Source: an uncultured archaeon (lineage in GTDB: Archaea > Asgardarchaeota > Lokiarchaeia > Sigyniarchaeales > SOKP01). Taken from it: a stretch of DNA of 24,000 nt. Of this stretch, positions 1-7,690 are shown in pieces; within the stretch, counting starts at the first letter, position 1, and the number at the start of each line of letters is the position of its first letter. The translations under genes were made by a program, and so were the position numbers. Below the pieces are notes generated by a model. It had not been told where the DNA came from. It ran no database searches and was given only the letters and a program-made list of their open reading frames with translations. The DNA lies in the NCBI GenBank assembly GCA_964388035.1, contig CAYLZE010000039.1, positions 18,096-42,095 of the forward strand, in the 5' to 3' direction.

Positions 1-2905
1 CAACTTCCTCGATAGGAACTGGTTTTTCTTTTTTGATTTCTTCTTCAACTATTGATTCCTTTAATTCTTTTTTCACATCAGAGGGAACCTGTTTTTCTTT
101 AATAGTTTCTTGAAATGTTTCCTCCTTCGCTTTTGGTACCTTCTGGGGTTCAGCTGTTTCTTCTAATATATTATAAGCCACATTTTTTTTACTTATCGAA
201 TTGCGCATTAAGTTTTCCAATTCATCTTTTGTTATTTGATCTTTAAATTTACTTCCTTCCTTGGCAATATTAAAAATACTACTGACGAATTTAGGGATAT
301 ATCTTTCAATTAAATTGGCACGTTTTTCTCTCTTATTAATTGCTATTCTCCTATTGAGATATGTTCTCAATCTTCTCCCAATTGCTTCTAAACAATATTT
401 TATTTCCTTTATTAAGTTCTCATCGTCAGCAAGGGCATTCTTCGACTGTGATTTAAACATTAAATGAACATATGGTCCGGAAACATTTATTAGAAGTTTT
501 ATGGGTCCTTTAGGTAAATTGTTATCATAAATATCTAATTTATAATTCTTCCAATTTACAGATTGCACAGCCTTGGTTATAGCGCAATCCGCACTATCTC
601 TCAATTTTGGGGTCCTGTTTACAAACCGGGATAATACATCCCTTGAACGTTTTGGCGTTTCGAGACTATTAGAATATGCCATGACGGCCTCAACAACAAA
701 AGCCAATCCCTTCCCACTCGTAGGGGTTCTGGTTTCGGCTGCCACGAAATCATCATCCTTACTAAAAGTTTCTAAAAAATAATCAAATATTTCTTGATAT
801 GTCTCTTTAGATTCTATTTCATCTAATACAATAAGATCTCCAATATTTTTTATAATATTCTCTTGAGACTCCTCTTGTCCATCGATATCGATATTAGAAA
901 GAATTTGAGTATTCAATTGGAGTACATCACTGTCTTCTATGGATATTTGTTCTAAAAGACTTGCATCACTCAAATTACTTTCTTTTATAATAGAATTCTT
1001 TTTTTCTTGGAGTAGTAATTCATGGGAATCTTGAATAGTCTCGATGGGGGTTCCAAAATCATCCAAATTTTCGGAAATTTTAAGCCCTAATTCCTTAATT
1101 AACGTGTTTTCCAAAACAGCTTCACCTACGGGAATTGTTGTATCCGTAGGAGGAGCCATATAATTTATGGATTTAAAAGCTAAAAAAAGAGAATCAAATT
1201 GATCTTTAGTTAATTCTGAAGGCTTACTTTTTGAAATTTCTACTTCATTAATTAAATCCTCCAAATTCTCCCTTTCTTTAAATTTTTTTAATTCTGTTAA
1301 ACCGTCCTTTACATTCTCAAAGAGAGTGCTGAAATTATTTTTGATTTGATCTTTATTTTTTCTAATTTTTTTAATCTCTTTTTTCAAATCATCTTTATTT
1401 TTTTCAATTTTTTTTTCTTCTTTCTTTGTCTCGGAATTTTCAATCTCATCATTTAATTTCTTAATTTCTTTTATAATTTTTTTGTTTTCTTTTAGCTGAT
1501 TATCATAGTCCGAAATTAATTTCTTATAATCATTTATCAAATTTTCGGAAGTTAATTGATATATGATTAATTGATCTCGCGTTTTTTTAGATTTTCCATA
1601 AACTCTTTTTTCATTTCGCATGAAGTAAATATCTTCACTGCTCTTAGATGCTTTTGTAATATATCCATTTTTTAATATTAAAACATTTAATTTATCCTGA
1701 AGATCCCTTTCGGCTAATTCGACTATTTTATTTGCAACCTTTTGACTTATTCTTACGAAATTGTCCTTTAAAAAAGAGGTAATGGTCAAATAATTTTCTG
1801 CTTTTGAGATTAAATCTTGTAAATCACCAATATTCGTGGATGCAGGATGAGGCTTAGCATACTTAGGTTCCTCTGGAAAATGTAATGCCAATCTAGGATA
1901 TTTGGATTCCTCCCCATATGGATCAATATAAATTATTGTAACATGGCTGTTTAGCATGGCTGTCTCACGAATATAATAATCGACGTATCCTCTAACATAT
2001 TTAGTGTTTAAATAGCTCAGCTTAATATAAGTTCCATGTAAATAGGGACTATCAACATCCGTGGGATGGATGATGTATCTTTTTTTATTTTTAGAAGTAG
2101 TAAAAAATTCAGATACAGTGGCATAAATATTATCAGCAGTTTTAGATATACTAATAATTGGCTTTCCGGTTGTATTCTGTGCATCACTAAATGCACTAGG
2201 TGCCCCAAATCCTTGACTCCCTCTTGTTTGCTTTAATTGGGTGCTTTTTGATGATGCTAAATATCTTCCAAATTTTCCAAAATCCCGCTTGTTCATCCCA
2301 AATCCATTATCAAAGATTTCAAAAGTATAACTCATTACGTTTTTTTGATTAAGCTCTGATGTTAAATAACTGGATGCTTCTGCTTCCCTCAACCGAATTA
2401 TCACCATCGGTTCGATATCAATGATCTTTTCTACTGGCTTTATTAATTCAGTCATATCTTCTATTATTCTCATGACTTCCTCCTCCACTTCGATTTCCTT
2501 TTTATCCTTGTTTTTCTCCGAGTTATCTCTGCTTTCTCCTCCTTTTTCTTCTGACTTTTCCTCTATTGGTTTGTTTCCATACTCTTTTCTTAAAATTTCT
2601 TTTGCATCCTGTTCAAGTTGGGGCTTTTCCTGACTCTTAGCATCATGAGTTAAAGATAAATGTTCCAATGATAACTCTTGATCTAGAGAAAAACTGATTT
2701 TTGATTCGGGATTCTCAATTTCTTGCCATTGAAAGGTTTCGATTGCATCCAAAGCATTATCCAGAAATTCAGCGCAATATTGTACATGCTTCCAATGTCC
2801 AAATTCGAATCCAACGAGCTGGGTCCTTTTGCGCATGAATTGAGCAATGGTTCCTTGTTTAATTCTTCCTTCTTCTTCCTCTTCATCTGTCGCCATTTGA
2901 GTCAT
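1..2905 (-). CDS. top6B: DNA topoisomerase VI subunit B (Top6B-like GHKL ATPase), 3'-partial, more than 968 aa
   Basis: Missing from the ORF track because it has no stop inside the window. My manual minus-strand translation from the ATG at 2905 is stop-free down to position 2 (968 codons). Motifs read: Bergerat N-box EFLDNALDA (2744-2770); G1 box DNGFGM (2294-2311); G2-like RGSQGFGAPSA...TTGKP; H2TH-like PHPAS...ITSFLKDNFVRIS; transducer GLAFVVEAVMAY, RFVNRTPKL and the WKxY motif (NWKNY); switch-lysine context FKSQSKNAL. Confidence 0.8.
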   Translation of the reverse strand, partial: MTQMATDEEEEEGRIKQGTIAQFMRKRTQLVGFEFGHWKHVQYCAEFLDNALDAIETFQWQEIENPESKISFSLDQELSLEHLSLTHDAKSQEKPQLEQDAKEILRKEYGNKPIEEKSEEKGGESRDNSEKNKDKKEIEVEEEVMRIIEDMTELIKPVEKIIDIEPMVIIRLREAEASSYLTSELNQKNVMSYTFEIFDNGFGMNKRDFGKFGRYLASSKSTQLKQTRGSQGFGAPSAFSDAQNTTGKPIISISKTADNIYATVSEFFTTSKNKKRYIIHPTDVDSPYLHGTYIKLSYLNTKYVRGYVDYYIRETAMLNSHVTIIYIDPYGEESKYPRLALHFPEEPKYAKPHPASTNIGDLQDLISKAENYLTITSFLKDNFVRISQKVANKIVELAERDLQDKLNVLILKNGYITKASKSSEDIYFMRNEKRVYGKSKKTRDQLIIYQLTSENLINDYKKLISDYDNQLKENKKIIKEIKKLNDEIENSETKKEEKKIEKNKDDLKKEIKKIRKNKDQIKNNFSTLFENVKDGLTELKKFKERENLEDLINEVEISKSKPSELTKDQFDSLFLAFKSINYMAPPTDTTIPVGEAVLENTLIKELGLKISENLDDFGTPIETIQDSHELLLQEKKNSIIKESNLSDASLLEQISIEDSDVLQLNTQILSNIDIDGQEESQENIIKNIGDLIVLDEIESKETYQEIFDYFLETFSKDDDFVAAETRTPTSGKGLAFVVEAVMAYSNSLETPKRSRDVLSRFVNRTPKLRDSADCAITKAVQSVNWKNYKLDIYDNNLPKGPIKLLINVSGPYVHLMFKSQSKNALADDENLIKEIKYCLEAIGRRLRTYLNRRIAINKREKRANLIERYIPKFVSSIFNIAKEGSKFKDQITKDELENLMRNSISKKNVAYNILEETAEPQKVPKAKEETFQETIKEKQVPSDVKKELKESIVEEEIKKEKPVPIEEV

Positions 2906-3280
2906 AATTGATAACCTATTTTTAATACTTTAATTACTCTTTATTTAAAGGTCAATAATTTATCTTTAAATTTTCAGTTCTCCAGAGACTGAATTCTTAT
3001 TTAAACTTTTGCCTTAATGAAAAACTTTAAAAGAAATAATTTGAAAATGAAATTGATATCCTCCTTTATCCCTTTATTATTCTATTCTATTAACTATAAC
3101 GCATAATAACCAAAAAATTTTTTCATTCTGGATATACCTTTTTAATCTCGTTAATAGTATTAAACTTGAAAATTAATTATTCTCGTATGAAGTATAGGCA
3201 GATCCAAAAATATAATTAATGAGAAAATCCGCATAGAAGGTATTTTAAACTTATTTTTATATAAAAGAAGATCCTAATTT

Positions 3281-4564
3281 TTAATCTCGCTTTTTAATTC
3301 TATAATTTTCCAAAGCCACATCAATGATCCTTGAAGCAATAAATCGCTTCGAATGCTTGCTTACATGCGTGGCGTGTTTTTCTGTATCTATAATGTAAAC
3401 TTCATTTTCTTTACTTTCAAATCCAATATCTTCTCGACCTACGTCATTTGCAACAATTAAATCTGCATTTGATTCTACTAATCGTTTATATGCACGATCT
3501 ATTAATTCTGATCTTGAAACATTTGTCTCTGCTTTGAAAGCTATTATGAAAACCCTATGATTTTTGTGTCTCGCTTCATTTATAATTTTTGGGGTTAATC
3601 TCATGTTTATTTTTAATTCACTTATTACATCTGTTGATATTTTTCCTTCAATACAAGTTTCGGGGGTATAATCTGAAATGGCCGCAGCACAAATAAAAAA
3701 ATCATAATCCTTAAACTCTAATTCGTCCTTTACTGCTTTAATAAAATCTTCCGTGGAAATAACATTAATTGTATTCAGATAATCGGGAATTTTCACTAAA
3801 CATTTTCCCGCTATAAGCAAAACATCTGCCCCCCTTGCTGATGCTTCCTTTGCGATTTCTATGCCCATGCGGCCACTAGAGTCATTACTTACAAATCTAA
3901 TTTGATCAATATACTCACGACTTGGTCCTGCAGTAATAAGTACTCTCTTACCCTCTAAATCCTTTTTAGAAATTAAAAGATCAATCACTCTATCGACGAT
4001 AGTGTTTACTCGCACCATCTTTGCTTTTCCTTCTGAAATTCTAGGTCCTAATACTTCAACGCCGAATGATTTCAATTTTTTTAGATTTTCCTCTAAAATT
4101 GGATGTCGATACATCGATTCATGAGCAGCAGGACAGATGATGATAGGAAGTGCTGAACCAAAGGCGGTTGTAACCACTGTTGTAACAGGAGTGTCATCGA
4201 TTGCACTAGCTATTTTTGATATTGTATTTGCAGTCGCAGGACATACTAATATTAAATCTGCTTTACCGAATGCTCTTGGTCTTTCACCAGCCAAGTATAT
4301 ATGTTCCACTTCACCTGTTAACTTTGTTATTACTGGATTACCTGTAGCCCAGTGTATCAAAGAGGGATTAATTAATTCACACGCTGCTTGAGACATTACG
4401 GCTATTACTTCTGCACCAAGCCTCATTAATTCCCTTGCAATAATTGGAGATTGTATGGCTGCTACTGAACCCGTGATACACAAGCAAATTGTTTTTCCTC
4501 GAAGAATGGTACCTTCTGTTTCTAATATATCTTTGGAAGGATGTTTGGGTTCTCTAGACGACAT
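3281..4564 (-). CDS. coaBC: Bifunctional phosphopantothenoylcysteine decarboxylase / phosphopantothenate-cysteine ligase (CoaBC/Dfp)
   Basis: The 433-aa track ORF has an N-terminal flavoprotein half (ICLCITGSVAAIQSPIIARELMRLGAEVIAVMSQAA, PATANTISKIA) and a C-terminal CoaB half (VLITAGPSREYID.IRFVSNDSSGRMG, ISDY). The track starts at TTG 4582. I prefer the in-frame ATG at 4564 (MSSREPK...). Confidence 0.88.
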   Translation of the reverse strand: MSSREPKHPSKDILETEGTILRGKTICLCITGSVAAIQSPIIARELMRLGAEVIAVMSQAACELINPSLIHWATGNPVITKLTGEVEHIYLAGERPRAFGKADLILVCPATANTISKIASAIDDTPVTTVVTTAFGSALPIIICPAAHESMYRHPILEENLKKLKSFGVEVLGPRISEGKAKMVRVNTIVDRVIDLLISKKDLEGKRVLITAGPSREYIDQIRFVSNDSSGRMGIEIAKEASARGADVLLIAGKCLVKIPDYLNTINVISTEDFIKAVKDELEFKDYDFFICAAAISDYTPETCIEGKISTDVISELKINMRLTPKIINEARHKNHRVFIIAFKAETNVSRSELIDRAYKRLVESNADLIVANDVGREDIGFESKENEVYIIDTEKHATHVSKHSKRFIASRIIDVALENYRIKKRD

Positions 4565-4582
4565 TTTTACATAATTTTTCAA

Positions 4583-4810
4583 TTATCTTAAAAATAAAGA
4601 ATTAAACATGAATTATAAAAATCATTGAATTTCACATTAGATTTTCTTCTATTTTTAATTAAATATTTTACTCACTAAATTAAGAAGAATCTCACAGAAA
4701 TCTCGCATTTTTCTTTTTTAATGAATTTTGGCAAAAAAATCTTATTTTATATACAAACTTTTAATTCTTTTTCATTTTTAAGATCCATATTACGTTATGA
4801 GGTCTTTCAA
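4583..4810. promoter_or_regulatory. Divergent intergenic region that should hold the coaBC and lysX promoters
   Basis: AT-rich gap between two divergently oriented genes. Several TATA-like runs are present, but they cannot be told apart from background in this AT-rich DNA. Confidence 0.35.
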
Positions 4811-5683
4811 TTGTCAGTTGGAATTTTAATGAATAGAATCACATGGGAAATTAAACAATTAATACAAGAAATGGAAAAGAGAAATATTAAATGTAATTTG
4901 ATCAATAATCAAAATATCTTTTTTAATTTAACTAAGGAAAAAGATTTAGAAAGTAATGATGAAATCATTTTGGAACGTTCATTAAGTTATGTGAGAGGTT
5001 TATTCTCATCTGCAATTTTAGAATCAAAAGGTTATAAAATCATAAATAATCATGCCTGTTTAACCTTAACGGGAAATAAATTATTAACTACTTTAAAATT
5101 AATAGAAAAAAATATTCCCACTCCTGAGACTTGTGTTGCTTTCACAGAAGAAGCATCAATAAATGCGATTGAAAAAAAATTGAACTATCCTGTTGTCATT
5201 AAACCAATTATTGGTTCTTGGGGGAGATTAATAGCAAAATTAGACGATTATAATAGCGCCTTATCTAACTTGGAATGTAGGGAAGAAATGGGAAATATCT
5301 GGCAAAAGATTTATTACCTTCAAAAGTATATTGGAGAACCAGAGAAAGATTTAAAATTACCAACAGATTTGAGAATCATTGTAATAGGAAATGAATGCGT
5401 GGCAGCTATGGGAAGATATCACCCAGAAAGAGATTTTAGAGCGAATTTAGCAATAGGGGGTCATGCGGAACCCCTAGAACTTTCAGAGGAATTAAAGCTT
5501 CTTAGTATCAAAGCTTCCGAAGCTATAAATGGAGAGATCGTGGGAGTTGATATCATGCGTGATGCTGGATCCTATAAGGTTATTGAAGTAAATGGAACAC
5601 CTCAATTTAAAGGGATTTCTACTGCAACTAAAATAAATATTGCTTCTAAAATTGTCGATTATCTCCAAGAAAAATATTTATAG
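4811..5683 (+). CDS. lysX: RimK/LysX-family ATP-grasp ligase (LysW-glutamate/alpha-aminoadipate ligase, LysX/ArgX)
   Basis: ATP-grasp motifs YPVVIKPIIGSWGRLIAKL, DLRIIVIG and GVDIMRD..YKVIEVNGTPQFKG resemble Thermus LysX as I recall it. Family N-termini begin just before the (V/A)ILYDRIR-like motif, here SVGILMNRITWE, so TTG 4811 is the likely start (alternative ATG 4829). The track start at 4721 adds an implausible 30-aa extension. Adjacency to lysZ and lysK supports the call. Confidence 0.8.
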   Translation: MSVGILMNRITWEIKQLIQEMEKRNIKCNLINNQNIFFNLTKEKDLESNDEIILERSLSYVRGLFSSAILESKGYKIINNHACLTLTGNKLLTTLKLIEKNIPTPETCVAFTEEASINAIEKKLNYPVVIKPIIGSWGRLIAKLDDYNSALSNLECREEMGNIWQKIYYLQKYIGEPEKDLKLPTDLRIIVIGNECVAAMGRYHPERDFRANLAIGGHAEPLELSEELKLLSIKASEAINGEIVGVDIMRDAGSYKVIEVNGTPQFKGISTATKINIASKIVDYLQEKYL

Positions 5684-5708
5684 AATAATAATATTACCAT
5701 GGAAATTG

Positions 5709-6542
5709 ATGAAAATGATTATCGTGATTAAGATTGGAGGTGCATTGATTGCAAAAAACTTCCAAAATGTTATTAAAGACATTGGTGAAATTGCGAAAAA
5801 TTTTAGTGATAAATATCAATTAGTAGTTGTTCATGGTGGTGGGCCTCAAATAAATAAGACCATGAAAAGATTAAATCTCGAACCTAAATATTTTGATACT
5901 CCTTCTGGTTTCAAAACAAGATATACTGATCAAGAAACTATTGACGCTGTAATAATGAGCTTAGGAGGGCTAAATAATAAACGTTTGGTTGAAGCATTAC
6001 AAAAAAGTAAAGTAAATGCAGTAGGGCTTACTGGAATAGATGGTGGCATAATCATTGCAGAAAGAAAAGACAAGATCTTGGTTTTAATAAATGGAAAAAG
6101 AATAATAAAAAGAGGAGAATTTTCTGGAAAAGTGGTGGGTGTTAACCCGGAGATTTTAATTTTTCTTCTAAATAAAGGATATTTACCTGTCATTGGGTGT
6201 ATTGCCAAGAGTAAAGAGGGGGATATTGTGAATGTTGACGGTGATCGGGCTGCCAGTCATGTTGCAAAAGCATTAAATGCTGATTTATTAGTAAGCATGA
6301 CGGATGTTGAGGGTATATACAAAAATATTAATGATAAAAACAGCTATCTTTCAAAAATTAATAAAAAGCAATTAGAATTATTAATGGATGACTTGCAAGG
6401 TGGCATGAAAAAAAAAGCTCATGCGATTTTAGAAGCATTTCAATTAGGCGTTAAAAAAGTAATAATATGTTCTGGATTAAAAGAATCTCCCTTATTTGAA
6501 GTATTGGAACAAGACAAAGGTACCGTGATTATTAATGAGTGA
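5709..6542 (+). CDS. lysZ: [LysW]-aminoadipate / acetylglutamate kinase (amino-acid kinase family, LysZ/ArgB)
   Basis: Motifs IVIKIGGA, VVVHGGGPQIN, NKRLVEALQ and NVDGDRAA, plus a GKRIIKRGEFSGKV segment typical of LysZ. ATG 5709 (MKMIIVIKIGG) lies 25 nt after the lysX stop. The track start at 5640 overlaps lysX and is rejected. Confidence 0.82.
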   Translation: MKMIIVIKIGGALIAKNFQNVIKDIGEIAKNFSDKYQLVVVHGGGPQINKTMKRLNLEPKYFDTPSGFKTRYTDQETIDAVIMSLGGLNNKRLVEALQKSKVNAVGLTGIDGGIIIAERKDKILVLINGKRIIKRGEFSGKVVGVNPEILIFLLNKGYLPVIGCIAKSKEGDIVNVDGDRAASHVAKALNADLLVSMTDVEGIYKNINDKNSYLSKINKKQLELLMDDLQGGMKKKAHAILEAFQLGVKKVIICSGLKESPLFEVLEQDKGTVIINE

Positions 6543-7686
6543 TGAAGCTGTTCAATTTTTAAAAAAATGTTTGGAAATATATAGTCCATCTGGTAAAGAA
6601 GTTGAATATTCTCAATTTATCGCCCGCTTTTTAGAAAAAAAAGGATTTACCATACGATTTGATAAAATTGGAAATTTAATTGCACAAAAAGGCTCAGAAA
6701 AACCCGTTTTATTACTTGTTTCTCATTTTGACACAATTCCTGGAGAATTACCTGTTTTTGAAAAGGATGGCAGAATATATGGAAGAGGGGCAGTAGATTG
6801 TAAATCCTCTTTAGCAGCCATGGTTTATTCCCTTTCCCAATATGACTTTAATAAAGAATCAACAGGTAAGGTAGTCTTTGTAGGAATTGTTAGGGAGGAA
6901 GATAGCTTAATTGGTATTAAAGAATTCATGAATTCATCTATCGAGGCGGATTACGCAATATTTGGAGAACCAACGAATATATTTCAATTCTGCATTAGTT
7001 ATAAAGGCAGATTATGCATCCGTTATAAAGTAAACACAGAAACGGGTCATGTTGCGAGTGCTTGGTTATTTAATAATTCTATAATGATATGTTTTGAGAT
7101 ATGGAAACTTATTAAACATGCTTGTTCTGAATTAAATCAAAAACACATGATATCTGATGGCCAATTAAAATATTTTAATAAAATTATTCCTAACCTTACT
7201 CAAATTTCAGGAGGTGAATTAAGCAATACTGTCCCTGCAAACTGTTCTATTACCGTGGATATAAGGTTTCCTCCTTTTATAAAAGCAGATGAACTTCTTT
7301 ATCTCATTCAAAAGAAAATAAACAATTTTAAGATCCTTCGTGAAAAAGAAATAAAAAAGTCCATAAAAATCCAAGAGGAAATCTTGAGTTCAGTAAATGG
7401 GTACGATTTTAAAGGAGATAAATTGGTGCTTGGGGCACTACGATGGGCCATATTCAACACTTTAAATGAAAAGCCGAAGATGATCAAAAAAACTGGAACA
7501 ACGATGATAAATTTAATCGCCGTGGAAAAAAATATTCCTTCCATCACATATGGACCCGGAGATCCTAAATTAGAACATACTAAAGATGAGTTTATTAATA
7601 TCGAGGAGTTTCTAAAAAGTATCCAAATTTATTTGAAATTCTATGATAAATTCTTTGAAAATTATAAAAAAAGGCAATACCAATAA
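6535..7686 (+). CDS. lysK: M20-family metallopeptidase, [LysW]-lysine/ornithine hydrolase or acetylornithine deacetylase (LysK/ArgE)
   Basis: Motifs LLLVSHFDTIPG, GRGAVDCKSSLAAMV, VREEDSLIG and AIFGEPT. The ATG overlaps the lysZ stop by 8 nt, which suggests translational coupling. Confidence 0.78.
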   Translation: MSDEAVQFLKKCLEIYSPSGKEVEYSQFIARFLEKKGFTIRFDKIGNLIAQKGSEKPVLLLVSHFDTIPGELPVFEKDGRIYGRGAVDCKSSLAAMVYSLSQYDFNKESTGKVVFVGIVREEDSLIGIKEFMNSSIEADYAIFGEPTNIFQFCISYKGRLCIRYKVNTETGHVASAWLFNNSIMICFEIWKLIKHACSELNQKHMISDGQLKYFNKIIPNLTQISGGELSNTVPANCSITVDIRFPPFIKADELLYLIQKKINNFKILREKEIKKSIKIQEEILSSVNGYDFKGDKLVLGALRWAIFNTLNEKPKMIKKTGTTMINLIAVEKNIPSITYGPGDPKLEHTKDEFINIEEFLKSIQIYLKFYDKFFENYKKRQYQ

Positions 7687-7690
7687 TTAA

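Noticed and set aside
261-2911. Six short track ORFs (261-467+, 573-782+, 2017-2208-, 2421-2633+, 2683-2886-, 2723-2911+).
   Set aside because: All lie inside the continuous 968-codon Top6B frame, on the opposite strand or out of frame. Their sequences are low-complexity L/F/S-rich, typical of shadow ORFs of an AT-rich gene.
2970-2990. Small inverted repeat CAGT...ACTG in the coaBC-top6B spacer.
   Set aside because: It has only 4-5 bp of pairing, so it is indistinguishable from chance.
4721-4810. N-terminal 30-aa extension of lysX from the track start.
   Set aside because: The extension (MNFGKKILFYIQTFNSFSFLRSILRYEVFQ) is hydrophobic junk lying in the promoter spacer. LysX homologues begin right at the SVGILMNRI-equivalent motif.
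4583-4810. Search for a small LysW carrier-protein ORF upstream of lysX.
   Set aside because: No frame on either strand encodes a CxxC...CxxC zinc ribbon with an acidic tail. The region reads as AT-rich spacer.
5640-5708. Upstream extension of lysZ overlapping the 3' end of lysX.
   Set aside because: The kinase family starts at MKMIIVIKIGG. The extension overlaps lysX by 44 nt and adds non-homologous residues.
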